This document shows positions 26,181-39,652 of a DNA stretch of 64,000 nucleotides, piece by piece. The notes under the pieces are model-generated. The model ran no database searches. It was given only the letters and a program-made list of their open reading frames with translations, and was not told the DNA's origin. The position numbers were made by a program, and so were the translations under genes. The stretch's first letter is position 1; each line of letters begins with the position of its first letter. This DNA is from Antedon mediterranea (taxonomy: Eukaryota; Animalia; Echinodermata): the NCBI RefSeq assembly GCF_964355755.1, contig NC_092672.1, positions 18,241,237 to 18,305,236 on the forward strand. Direction: 5' to 3'.

Positions 26181-27260
26181 GGGGTGTCACGAAAGCTCAG
26201 ACCACGAAAGCTCAGACCCCCTAAGACCTAAGATCACGAAAGCTAAGACCCAACACCTAAGATTACAAATACTAAGATATACTACAGATTAAAAACAATA
26301 CTTGTTTATCCATACATAATTTTAAACACAGTAGGTTTCATTTATTACCATAAATATAATTTAATACTACCGCAAAACATAGATAAACTCACATTATTTT
26401 CGCCCGTTGAGTAAATGTATATTTTTTCTTTACAACAAACAAACTTGACGGGTTGTTTGTTGGTATATATTTACTCCATTGTGTTGGTTCAGAGGATGTT
26501 TTTCTTACGCACCTGCCTTTCTTGTATTTTGACTCCAAATTTGTTGACTAACTTTATCCTGAACACCACACTTTAAAATTAGGACTTATAAGTACTTTCA
26601 GAAGGAGAAACACATAATAACAAATAAATAAATCCTTTAAATTGATGATTTTACATATGTGTTTCTTTGTATACTGTAATGTAACTCCTCGAGCTCCCAC
26701 CATGCTCAATGTTTTTGTTTCCCTGGAGCGCCAAAAGAGCAACAATAATAGTACAAGCATAAAAACAGAAAGAAAACGAAACAAAAAAACTTATCATGAT
26801 TTTTAAATTAAAATTTATTTGCCAGTATTTATTTCTTCGTACTTGCATGATTATACTATTATCATTACAATTTTAATTTTACATTGTTCCATCCACACTG
26901 TAGATGGACTCCACAGAGTTTTCAGCCCTCTATATAATTTTTGCTCTTTTGACGTTCCATAGAAACAAAAACATTGAACATGGGGTAGGCCTACTGTAGT
27001 ACTGTAGGTTAGTCATTTTGTGTGCGAGAAAAACGTCTGTAAAATCATCAATTTAAAAATGTATTTGTTACTTTTTATGTGATTCTTTTTCATGAAAGTG
27101 CCAATTCTAAGGTGTGGTATTCAGAATAAATGTTGGGAGTTAAAATACAAGGCAGGTGCGAAAGATAAATATTTGTAATCTTAGGTGTTGGGTCTTAGCT
27201 TTCGTGATCTTAGGTCTTAGGGGGTCTGAGCTTTCGTGGTCTGAGCTTTCGTGACACCCC
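26181..27260. mobile_element. Non-autonomous MULE-like element with 9-bp TSD inserted into BEL-1 pol
   Basis: Apparently perfect ~90-bp TIRs (ggggtgtcacgaaagctcagacc ... ggtctgagctttcgtgacacccc); TSD CAAGGTTAG at 26172-26180 and 27261-27269. Removing it restores FTTKVRVVFDA. Confidence 0.92.
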
Positions 27261-30200
27261 CAAGGTTAGGGTGGTATTCGATGCCTCTACTAAATGCAAT
27301 AATGGGATTTCACTGAATGATTGCCTAGAAACGGGCCCCCACTTATACCAGGACTTGTTGACATTTTATTACGGTTCCGAAGGTGGAAAATTTGATTAAC
27401 CTCTGACATTACAAAGGCATTTTTGCAAATCAAGGTCCATGAGGATGACCAAAATGTCCATAGGTTTTCTTTGGAAAAAGGAGGAGAAAATCAGAACAAT
27501 GAAATTTCTGAGAGTGCCATTTGGCAATGCTAGTAGCCCATTTTTATTAAATGCCACAATTCGCCACCATTTGACAAAGTACCCAAGTTGCCTCCCTATT
27601 ACAGAACTAAAGGATAACCTTTATGTGGATGACTGGCTCACAGGAGCTGACTATTATGAGGATGCATTATTATTGTTTCAACAGGCAAAAGAAATCATGG
27701 CCCAAGGGAAATTCCCCCTCACATCCTGGAACTCTAATAACACAAAGGTAACAGAGATGTTCTTTAATGAGTTTGGTTCAAAACACATAGAACGACAGAG
27801 TGTCAAGGTTCTTGGTTTGAAATGGATAAAACCTTCTGATAGTTTTGGATTTGATGTATTAGATGTTTCAGAGGGATTAGTAGCAACAAAACGAGTTGTT
27901 TTGAGCATCTTAGCTAGAATGTTTGATCCATTAGGATTTCTAACTCCCTTCACTATGGCTGTTAAAATCTTGTTACAAGATATTTGGTTATTAAATTTAG
28001 GATGGGATGAACATACCCCAGAGATGATTCAGCAAAGGTTTGACAAGTGGATATATGGATTAGTCTATACGAAATTGGGAAATCCCTAGATGCTATACTC
28101 CTGCATTGTTATGGTCAGGTATGTCGGATATTGAGTTACATGGGTTATATGGGGCAGTAGTTTACCTTCGTATCCCAAAGTCTGATGGATTTAAAGTTTC
28201 ACATCCAGAGCGAGAGTCTCTCCAGTGAAAAAAGTTTCACTTCCTCGTTTGGAATTATTAGGTGCCCTTCTTACTGCTAGGTTAGTAGTTTTTGTAAGAG
28301 ACGCATTGAGACTTCAGAATGTAATTTGTAGATTTTGGACAGACTCCACAGTGACATTAGGCTGGATTCAAGGAGATCCAGCAAGGTGGGATACCTTTGT
28401 AAGAAACAGGGTTATAGAAATTCGTAACCTTTCACAGATAAACACTTGGGCCCATTGTCCAGGGAAACACAACCCTGCAAATTTGTTAACTAGGGGTATC
28501 TCTGCAGGAGACTTAGTATCATCTGGTGGTATTTGGCTTGATGGTCCAGCGTGGTTAGCTAATAAGTTTGATTTACCTACTCATAGTGTTTCATTAGAAG
28601 AAATAGAAAATGTAAAGCCAGAAACACAGTCAGCTTTGCTAGTAGAATTATGTCCCCCAAAGGTCAGAATATTTGATGTTCTTAGATGGGGTACTTTAGA
28701 AAAGCAGTTAGAATAAACTGCATTGTGTAAAAGGTTTGTCAAAAAGTTGAAAGGTCGGATGTGACTTTCCAGAAAACTTCTCTCATGATGAACTGGCTAT
28801 GGCTAAACTTTGTTTATTTCAACAGGAAAAAGAAGTTGCATTTGGACAAGAACTAGATTCTTTAAAGAGTCGTAAATCTATAAGTGGCTCTTCTCCACTC
28901 TCTAAATTACGTCCATTTATGGGATATGACAGGTTGTTAAGAATTACGGGTCGTCTGCAGCAGGCAGACCTTTCTTATGATGAGAAACACCCTATCATTC
29001 TACCTAAAGGCCATTTCACAACATGGTTAATTCAATCATTTCATGTTAAATTACAAGATGCAGGTGTTGACACAGTTATCAATGCAGAAATACATATTGG
29101 ATACTTGGTGTCAGAAAGTTAATGAAGTCCGTTAAAAAACGGTGTATACCATGCCAAAAAGTTGATTCCCTGGCATGCAATGAAGTAGCAGCACCACTTC
29201 CGAAATTGAGAGTGCACCAGGCACCCCCATTTACGGTCACTGGTTTGGATTATGCCGGACCACTGTTCAGCCTTGATTTTCCGAATGTTAAGCTTTACAT
29301 ACTATATTGTTTACGTGTGCAGTGGTAAGAGCAGTCCATTTAGAATTGACTGAATCCTTAACTCAAAAAGATTGTATGTTGGTGTTCTATCAGTTTTTTA
29401 TTCTGATAATGCTAAAACATTTGTAGGTGCTCGGACAGAGTTATCCACCCTTTTCGGTGAGGAGGGTCCGAAGTGGAAATTTATTGCTCCCAGATCTCCT
29501 TGGTGGGGAGGATGGTGGGAGCGTCTTGTTCGCTCCATTAAAGGAGCTTTAAAAAAGTCAATTGGAAGTAAATGTCTCAAAAGAACAGAACTCGAAACAT
29601 CATTGCAAGAGGTAGAAGATTGTGTGAATTCTAGGCCATTAACCTTTGTTGGAGATGAGGTAGACACTTCAAAGGCCTTAACCCCTTCTCATTTTTTAAT
29701 AGGCAAGGTTGCAGGATTCCAAAATAAAATATCTGAACTTGAAGTAGAGATAACGAGAGCGAATTTGTGTGAAAGAGAACTTGTGCGACAGAGAAGACTA
29801 GAGTTGTTTTGGGAAGTATGGAGCAAGGAATACTTGAGAAATTTACCTCCCACAATAAATGTTGGATTAGGTTTGCTTGTATTAATCCGTGAGGATAATA
29901 TACCTCGCATGAAATGGCCCCTGTGACGTATTGTTAAAGAATTTCCTGGAAGGGACGGAGTGACTCGATGTTTTGAATTAAAAACATGTAAGGGTAATTT
30001 AGTACGGGCTATACAAAGATTACATAACCTAGAGTTGGACGGTGGGAGTAACAACCTTCCACAGTCCGTATGCACATCCTTCCATAAGTCTTGTGAAATT
30101 AGTGGTAATGAGAAAAAGCCAAAGGAGAACAATTCAAGGCGTAGTAGTAGAACGATCAAACCAATAGATAGACTTGATTTGTAGTAGTGTTTGTTTAATC

Positions 30201-32175
30201 AATAAATTGACTGATACAGTGTTTTCTATAGAGAGAATATGATTTAATGAAGAACTTTTATGTTATTGTTTGACGTTATTTAACAGAAGTATCAGTAAAA
30301 TTACTATTAATATCTTCAATTTGTTCTAGAAAAGATATACAAGTTAATTTAAATGATGGTTCTAATGTTTATTCAAGTTTGTAAGAAGAACAGTTCAGTA
30401 TGAATATTGTAACGATTTTGATACCCCTCTTATTGTTATGGAGTAGTCCTCTTAGGAGGCTTCTGATTGGTGGGAGCTCCAACCTTGAACAGGAAGAGTC
30501 ATAGGCTTAAAAATTATCTGATCCAATCCATACTAGGAATTACTTTGTACCTGAAGTTACACGCAATTATTAGGTAGGGCATACGAATATCATTTCTATT
30601 ATGTACTGTATCATCAGTTGTGAAAAGAATAAAACGCCTCCTGAATTCGTAACAGATTGTAGTTTGTGCTTCTGTACGTCATATTACTTACTTATCGTCG
30701 TCGGAATAACACCGACGCCAAACCCGCTAACAACGAGGCAGGGAAACGTTACAATATATATTGTTGCGTTGCGGCATTGCATTTGCCATATTTTATTTGT
30801 TGATATTTATAGTTAATATCAGGTGGGAGAATGTACGCGATTGGCGTACCATACTTACCTGGGGTTTTGGACAGCGTGGTGTGTTCACGCAGGTTGGGTT
30901 GAAACGTTGTCATGTTATGTTATGTATGTTGAAACTTCACTTTACTGATATTAGTGGTCGATATATGTATTTGAGTCAGTAAAAGTACTGGTAACTTCAT
31001 GCAATATTTAGAGACACTTAAAAAAATGTTTCCATTCTACGCAGCCACTGGACACTCACACTATGCTAAATCTGTGTATATCTATATCCAAGATATGTTT
31101 GACCTAAATGAATTACAGCCTGACATTTAACAAGAGGATGTACATGGTCAATTTGTCATCCGCAGAACCGACCGCTTCTGCGCTGGGTTGCCAACAGACT
31201 TGATAATAGAACAGGAACTAATGAGATGAAGACTACTGGCGGTCTTACTCGAGAAAGCGGTATGGAAGAAAGACATACCGCTATGCAATGCCTGCTTGTG
31301 CAGAAATCAATGATTCAATGCAAGAGCTATTATGAAAACAATATAGCACAAGTAAACAACACAAAGAAATGACACAAGCATGAAAAACCAGAGATCAAAA
31401 GTATGCAGAGGAGATAATATATTCATTTTTTGAGGATCCCAATCCCTTTGAAGCTGCAAAGGTGGTCCACAACATTGCAACTGGAGAGACAGGAACAGAA
31501 TCAGCTAATCCTCACAAAGCTGTTGAAGTGGGAACAAACATTTTAAAGAAAATGGAAGGACAATGTGCATTTCAGTACACATTTCGCAAAAAAAACCAAG
31601 TACTAGGATGTGACACTCAATGGTGAAACCGTATGTATATAACACAATTTGGTCTTGGTGGTTTTCTCATCCTGTTAATCATACACAATGTAAAAGAGCG
31701 AATAAATCATTTCATCAGTTGATATAAGATCAATTTCATAAGTTGACATAAGGTCAAAGGTCAACATTTTGCATTTATGCATATTAATTAGTTACCAAAT
31801 AAATGGAAAGTTGTCCAAACTTAATATCGATAGTTTTACAAGCAATCAAATTATTTCATCAGTAAAGTTATGCTATTTTATTATAATTTTAATCAAAATA
31901 ATTATAATACTGTAATTAATCAAATCAGACTTAAAATGTTATGCTGACCTTGAATAAAATAAATGGTTAAAGCACAACTTATAAAACTTCATTTCATCGG
32001 TCAGAACATGGTTGCAGGCCTGCAATATTCATTTTGAGGCGATAAAGTATCTGATTTGATCTGCTTCTTTATGTTGGCAATATATAATTTGTTTTTATTT
32101 GTCTAAACGCAATGTTTCCGGAACCACCGGTAGGTGGCGTTGTACACGACTCAAGCCTTCACGGGACACACTTAA

Positions 32176-33744
32176 AGGGGGGTTCCGGGTTTAAAATGAA
32201 TAGTAAAAAATGTAAAATATATTTGTTTGTCTCTTGAACGGTAAAAGTTTCAATTTATATAAGCGCCCAGTGAAGCAGAACGAAGGCTGTGAAATCAGGC
32301 CAGATTACAAGTGCAGCTACGGCAAAATCACACTGTGGTTACAAAATAGGAAATTCGTGAAATGGTCCATCTTCCGACGACTCGTTATCAAAAACCATAT
32401 CAATTACTTTTGTAAAATTATACTTATCTGATGTAATTTTAGTCGGTCTTCCCATTTATAAAGTCAATTTTTTATGAAAATTCATCAAAACAGTGAAAAA
32501 TTAGATATGTTTGCACTTTACGTTTGCCGATTTTCGCACCGACTTAGGGAAAAATCAAAATCAATGAAGCGTAACGTATACTGTACATTCCTGCTGAGGA
32601 TCGAGCGAGACGAAAATACACGTGCTCTCTCTGCTGCCCATGCCTGGCATCGTCACGTGATAAGCAGATACAACAATACCAAACTGGTCGGGTCGAGTAT
32701 ACCCCGTCTATAATCACAACATGAACGATGTACAGTATTTGATTGAAGGTCGACTTGACCTACCGGATTGGTATAGATAATATAGCTCGAATGAGAGAGT
32801 TGGAATATTTGTGTAGTGCAGCCTAGTAAAAGGCCTGGTAGTATCAATTCGCATAGGGTCTACTACTACACTAGCTAGCTCAATTTTTAACTGGGCCGGA
32901 TCGGCTAGGTCTCCTTCCTACTACCTGGTCTACTTGCTTGATGCATGAGTATCCGCTTTTTTGGAGAGTATTAAGCCTATTTTATTTTAGGCCTACTTAG
33001 ACGATCGGGACACCATACGTGTGGACGGCGATCGGACCTTGTTTTGCTTCAATATTTACAGCCGATTTTGTAGAACGTTTTAGGTTCAGATTGTTTAGGA
33101 GTTTGGTTGATAGGATGGGTTTTGTTATTTATGGGCCAATCGTCTAGTAGTAGGCTAGCTAGGCCCATGGGCCCCATTGTTTTAACGTAGCCATCGTGGC
33201 ATGGAATCCCTAGTCAGAATGGCTCTCGCCCATATTATTATTAGGCTAGGCCTAGAGTAGTATTGTACGTGAAGCCGATAATACGATCTGTACTATAGAG
33301 GTATAAAAATAGTATAATTTATTCCGTATCTGTACTAAATTTTGTATTTCATTAAATGTCAAATAAATATATGCTACTACTGTTATTATTACACTTTAGG
33401 CCTAGCTTAGAAAATCTACAAAAAATGTATTTCACAATGATCGGGTGGTCGTCGTTTGACAGGGAAGAGAGATGTAAATTAGTTGACAAACACAACGTAC
33501 ATGACGTCGCGAGTTTGGAATCCACTGGTGACGTGATTTTGTGAATATCTCATGAATATTAATGAGCTTCCCTAAGCTGCTGAAAAACAGACTTTCCATG
33601 AATTTACCCTAAAATGTATATGAAATTTAATTTTTTTAATTTCTCGTTATTACTTCTTCATTCTGACATGTCTATATTGTTATAATATTTTTTATTTAAT
33701 AAATAAACGATATTTAAAACCAATTTTAAACCCAGAATCCCCCT
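32176..33744. mobile_element. Kolobok-like non-autonomous DNA transposon (TTAA TSD, AG...CT ends)
   Basis: ttaa|aggggggttccgggtttaaaat ... attttaaacccagaatccccct|ttaa. Confidence 0.8.
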
Positions 33745-36011
33745 TTAATACTTTCGTAGAAAGAAATCAGGTAATGACCTAAAATGCCCCAGATATGTAC
33801 AGTATGTTGTAGCCAACATTTTGACATTGTATCGCATGGAACGCCTTAGAATGGTTTTAAGAGAGTTCTTCGGCATGTCTTCGGAAGAAACGTCTTCGGA
33901 AGCGTTGGAATGTTCGGAAATATCACCCAAACAAAGTTTAAAATGATCATGCTGATTGGTCGGTTAAAATTCTTATGTACAGCAGTATATGTTTTATTCA
34001 TTCATATACAAAATAAAACCCGATTGAATCAACGAGCTGGATGGCTTAGTGAGCTTGTATTGAGGGTATTGCCCATGGGGGTTGCAATAATTTTCTACTT
34101 GACAATCTTTTAAAATATTTTTTTTTTTAGTTTGAGAGAGATTATAATTATAATAATTATAAGCCGTCAGACAGATAGATGCACTATTAGACTAAACAAT
34201 GATGCCACATACATGACCAATGTGAGTACAGACACTATCCTAACATTCACTTCCAACATCAAAATCAGGAGGTGAGAGGTAGCATTCCACGTATGGATAA
34301 TGCTCTCACCACTAGAATACTTCATCAACAACAGTCATACTCCAAGCACAGGAGGAACATAACACAAAATTATGTGCAACATCAAAACAGCTCAAGACAT
34401 GTGCACCAGTACATTGAAATCCCTTCACCGGACCATGCCTTCAACAAGCACTGCATGTTAGCCAAAGTAATAAATTGTACCTGGTCATTTTGCTAACACC
34501 TTCATCATTTAATTATTGTGCAGCAGCACAACATCTATAAATGTACAGGTAGCCCCTTTCATCTGACCAGACGCAACACATGGCATTTATCTCTAGTTCT
34601 GAAAAATTCTGGGTACTCAGATAATTTATTTTATTTATTTATTAACAATATTTAACTAGGGAGATAACTGAGATTACTTGATGTACTAGACAGTCTGTGC
34701 ACCTTAACTGGTAAACAAAATACAATTATGTGGTTTTTGGCAGAATTTTTTCAAAATCTTTTTTTTTTTTTTTTTTGGGAATTAGTCAAAGGGACAATAC
34801 ATCTTTAAACATAAAATCCAGCAAATTCTCAAGTAATATTATATTGACTGTGTATTTTTCGTGTAGGAATACTCGCGTTTGCCGATAAAAACAAAAGTCA
34901 TCTACTGGGACTTGAACTTGCAATGATTTGTCACACCATTACAAGACAACGTTTCAGTTGTTGCGCCACACAACTTGCTTGAAGAAATTAATCAACTAAA
35001 CAATGTATACATAGAGCCTCATTTGTTATTAGTCCTCCCTAGATGTGATGAAAGACCGTTTATGATTAGTAACCTGTTACGCGCAACGTACCTCCTACCA
35101 AATAATAATATTATTATTGTTAATGTAGGCTTATTGATGGAAATTCTTCTGTTAATAAGTGAATATTTTATTGCCAAGGAATCATTAATTATTATTAGTA
35201 TATTATTCTTCGCAAGGTAAGGTGAATGCAATGCCTAACTAGGCAGGCTTATTACAAAGGAGGCCTAGCTACACCCGACCCAGCAGTAGATATTCAACTT
35301 GTTGTTGGCTATGTAATATAACAGAGGAATAATATACATCCCTCAGCTAGTGCTTCAGGAAATATATATTCCCTCAAACATAATATCATTTCCTCGGAGA
35401 TGTTAAATCTTAAAAATTGGATGGCAATTTGTACCCTTTCGGGTGGTGATACTCTCCCTTCCTGCCACCGGACTGTCCTCTATAATAGGGAGAGGATAGT
35501 GACTGCGTTTAAGTGCGCAGTTAAGACAGATTGACATTTGGAGATAAGCCGGCACCAGCTATGGCGCAAACAGCTTTGAAGTTAACAGCGAAACAAAATG
35601 AAGCCAGATATCCAAGAGCAGCAATGGTATTAAAGAATGATGTTTACATGGATGATATACCGGTATGTACCTCGGTTAGAATGGAAGAGGCAAAATCGCT
35701 CATCAAAGATATCGACATAGTGTTAAATAAAGGAGGCTTTACGGTGAAAGAGTGGGTATCAAACAGCTGATTGGTGACAGACGACACAAAGGGCAAGATT
35801 GCATCTGTTTTGGAAAACAAAGACAACGAGGAAAAGGTATTGGGAGTCATCAGGTGGCAGAAAGAAGACGATAATTTAATGATTAGTGTGAAGATTGATT
35901 ACACCTTGTTAAACGGAAGAATAAATAAGAGGAAGGCGTTAGGCGTCATAGCTAGAATATGGAAGAACCTGTTCTGTGAGCTAATGAAGCTAGATGAGCT
36001 AACATGTCCTA

Positions 36012-37736
36012 TACCCCTTTTACACTATCACCGTAACAGCGGTGTAACCCTGCGGTTGTTAGTACACCGGGCCGTTAAAAGCCGGTGTTGTGGTTTTTAT
36101 TGACTGGTAATGGGAAAATCCAACCACCCCGGTGTGCTCTCCCCGGGGTGAAACGAAGCTGAATGTTTTCCGGTGTACCTTCTCCAGTGTAGTCGAATCT
36201 ACACCGCAGACACAAAGTGTAAACGGTTTTTGTCATTCAACACTGAGCTGTCATTGACTTGAAAATGTAACATGTTGTCACAGAAATACAATATATTATG
36301 CAAACAAAATAGGTTTTTTGCTTAAAGACCCCTTCCCTGCAATTTTGGACGTTTTTTGGAAAATAATACATATATATCACTTTAAAAACATTAAACCATG
36401 TCATTCCTTGCCTTAAATGTACGTTTTATGGTAAATTATGATAAAAAGTGAGAAACAATGCACTACCTAAGTAGCTCGCGGCGATCGACCTCTCGTGGAC
36501 GGTCTTAGGCCTAGCCTAGCTAGGCTTAGTTTTGTAGGCCTAGCTGGTAAACATCGATAACGTACGAACATCGTACGCTAGCTATATACCTAGCCTGACG
36601 TTGTATAGTTGCTGCATTAATTGTCTTTCTATTTTTGCCAGACTCCGTTGATACAAATTGGGGAAAACCCGGTATTTTCGCTGAAAAGTTAGGAGTCTTC
36701 CATTTGTTTTGGCTTCACGATCGATCGAAAAGTGGGCGAATTACAGGTGAAAAACAAAAATATCAATCCGCGCGCAATGCATTTTGGGATTTATAGCGGG
36801 CCGCTATAATTATTAGAATCGATTTATTTTTCACATTTTTAACCGTTAAAAAAGTTATCGCAGTAGGACCATATAGTATTATTTTTACATTAAATATAGT
36901 TTGTGATCTTAAATTAGATCTAAAAAACGTAGGGAATGGGGCTTTAAAATACATCTTTTTTTGCATAAAATAATAATTGTACGATATATTGTGCTGTTCG
37001 TTATTTTCTTTTAAAGGCACAAACAAATTTGTGATTTTTCTTTTCTGCTGAAAATATTAAAAATTGTTTGTTTGCATTCTACCTTACCAAAACGCCTAAA
37101 ATAATGTAATATTGGTGTAACTCTACCCTGGCCGATTTTATGTTGGCCTAATTATTAAAAAAGTGAAAAATATATATATTACTGACGTTTCAATGGATGA
37201 AAATGATATCTTTTTTAGGAACTGAAAAAGAACCATATAATAATTTTCCTTCATTGATACATTGTTATGCTAATTATTTAAATACTTACCGTACCCTACC
37301 CTATTTTTATGCCAACCTAACAATTTAAGGCCTATTTAATGTACGTACAGTCTACAAGGCGGAAATGCAGTCATTTTAAAAAGAAAAATAATTGTTAGGC
37401 CCTAATGTTTCAAATAATAAATGATAATCTTAATAGTCACAAAGAAAATATTACACTGGACTACATTCAAAATTAAATAAATTTTGTGTAGTTTCGGATT
37501 ATTATGTTTTTATATGATATTTGTCGATATGTTCCAGTGTTTAACGTTTAAACCATAGTCAGTTAAGTTCCACGTGTGCGCTTGCAATAGTGATTTGATT
37601 GACAGCACCGGGGTGATCGATGTAGTGTAAATGGGCGCAACTCAAGTTTATATCGCAGTTTTTTGGCTAGTGTAAATGGAAATTGCCTCCGAGTTCAACT
37701 CATGTTCCTCTCTCAGTCGATAGTGTAAAAAGGATA
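36012..37736. mobile_element. Harbinger-like non-autonomous element inserted in BEL-2
   Basis: TIR taccccttttacactatc / gatagtgtaaaaaggata; 3-bp TSD CTA. Removing it restores the codons TGT CCT AGA GGT CTC. Confidence 0.85.
36326..36943. mobile_element. Kolobok-like MITE nested in the Harbinger-like element
   Basis: ttaa|agaccccttccctgc ... cgtagggaatggggct|ttaa; homologous copy at ~222-808. Confidence 0.75.
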
Positions 37737-39652
37737 CTAGAGGTCTCACACCAAAGGGCACCTCAGACGAGTTAACCTTAATAGTCTTCTGTGATGCCTC
37801 TGAGAAAGCCTATGGTTTATGTGCATATGCAAGATGGATATTAAATGATGGGACATATAAGACAAGGTTCATAGCTGGGAAGTCGAGAGTTGCACCAATA
37901 AAAAAGACTGACGATACCGAGATTAGAATTACAGGCTGCAGTAATGGCAGTAAGACTGGCATCTATGATAATTGAAGAAACAAGGATTAAATTTAACCAG
38001 ACAATATATCTGACGGATAGCATGATTGTGCTTGGCTGGTTAAGGAAATCTGTCAACTTTAAGGCATTCGTTGTCGAGAGTTGCGGAAATTCAGGAAAAA
38101 TCTGACAAAGGTAATTGGAGACACGTACCGGAAGTATGAATCCTGCAGTGCTGACGATGTATCGAGGGGTATACCAGCAAGTAATTTAGAGGTAGGTGGA
38201 TCAGAGGACCAGAGCTTCTTAAGTTGAATATTAATGACTGGCCCAATGAGAAAATCAGTGTTTCAAAAGATGATGATGAAGCAAAACTATGCATGAACAT
38301 CCAAATCGCTGATGCTTCTAATGTTAAGCTAGATGGATTAGAAACATGGGAGATCCTGCTCAAAGAGTACAGAAAGCATCTTTATGGACTTGATTCTGAA
38401 GCATTAAATGTTGAGAAAGTAAAAGAGCTTGAATTGATCTTACTAAGAAGGGTTCAACAAGAATGTTTTGGAGAAGAATTGAAAGCATTACAGAGAGGAA
38501 AAGAAGTATAAAAAAACAGTAAGTTGACCTTACTAGATCCCAAGTGTGATGAAGATACCAAGCTCATCAGAGTAGGTGGGAGATTAAGAAAGAGTAGTGG
38601 TAACTTGGAACTTGATGTTCACCCAGTTCTGCTGGAACCCAACCATCACATTAAAAAACTGTTAGTTAAAAGAATAGATGCTAATGTTTACAATCACCAC
38701 GCTGGTGCGGAAAGTATTCACTTACATCAGGCGAAGATACTGGATCTTGAAGGGGAGAAGTTTGATAAAGTCAGTGATGAGAAGTTGCATAGAATGCTAC
38801 AAATGGCGAAGTAATTCTGAGGTTCCGAAAATGGCAGATGTCCCAGAAGCAAGATCAAGAATTGGAAAACCCCCTTTTTTCTCAACAGGAATAGACTGCT
38901 TTGGACCAATGCTAATAAAAATTAAACGATCACAAGAAAAAAGATGGGGAGTGATTTTTAAATGCCTAACAACGCGAGCTATCCATTTAGAAATAGTTAG
39001 TGGAATGGACACAGACACTTTTTTGTTAGCATTGAGAAGATTCATTGCAAGACGTGGAACTCCAAAAGAAATCCTTGCGGATTGCGGAACTAATGCCAAG
39101 AGAGAGCTGAATGAAGCGTTTAATAATATAAGAGTTGAACTGCAAGAACGGCTGGCTAAACAGATTGAATTTAAATTCAATCCACCAGGTGCTCCACATT
39201 TTGGCGGTGTCTGGGAGAGGGACATAAAATCTGTGAAGACCGCCTTAAAATGCTGTCTCAAAGATAGAGTAATTAGTGAGGTATTACTTGCGACTATAAT
39301 GGTAGAAGTTGAAAGGCTTTTGAATGCCAGACCTTTGGGATACGCATCCAGTGATGTTGCAGATCCAGATCCGATAACACCAAACTTGCTATTAATTGCA
39401 CGATGGGATTCCACACTTCCAGCTGTTGCTGTAAAGCACATTGAACTCAAGGGGTGTCGTCAGTGGAAGCATAGCCAAGTGATTGCAGATTTATTCTGGA
39501 AAAGATTTGTTGGAGAGTACCTATCTAGCCTACAGATTAGACAAAAGTGGTATAGAGAAAGTTCCAATTAAAAAGTTGATGACGTCACATTGGTAATCAA
39601 TGATCAACTGCCAAGAAGAGAATGGCTTATTAATAGGATTATTAAAGTGTAT

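Larger units (their letters stand above)
23442..30984 (+). mobile_element. BEL/Pao LTR retrotransposon 1, degenerate. LTRs 23442-23989 (LINE-interrupted) and 30832-30984; PBS tRNA-Phe 23991-24003; PPT 30821-30831
   Basis: 5-bp TSD GTACT (23437-23441, 30985-30989); PBS tggtgccgaaacc. Gag KLPKLEIKKFCGEISEWQTFW; YYLPHHPVVK..TTKVRVVFDAS; RT RVPFGNASSPFLL..LYVDD; SLPRLELLGAL; integrase GLDYAGP, SDNAKTF, PWWGGWWERLV. Many frameshifts. Confidence 0.95.
16920..31630 (+). mobile_element. Academ(X)-type DNA transposon relic 1; pieces 16920-17570, 23257-23441 and 30990-31630 are split by a Gypsy and a BEL insertion
   Basis: Collinear motifs: PLFWE..IIENE..SILKQLVLNLEGFHSSMSFL.AIGHTMQSSGL; ELVFADNAV..IHGHFLVD.ALNAL; AFIKSQRT|GNFMQYLETLKKMFPFYAATGHSHYAKSVYIY (rejoined across the BEL TSD); GQFVIRRTDRF.AGLPTDLIIEQELMR..KTTGGLTR.SG. 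Confidence 0.75.

Noticed and set aside
30185-30820. Possible env gene between BEL-1 pol and the 3' LTR
   Set aside because: Only ~640 bp, AT-rich, with no long ORF or transmembrane/furin pattern.
34225-34320. Possible Penelope RT remnant (RHYPNIHF..QEVRGSIPRMD)
   Set aside because: The resemblance to HPNIKFT.E.E..G.LPFLD is too short and degenerate to support a call.
38797-39450. 217-aa minus-strand ORF, and similar antisense ORFs at 18307, 29689, 49707 and 52779
   Set aside because: They are shadow frames of retrotransposon gag/pol with no independent motifs.
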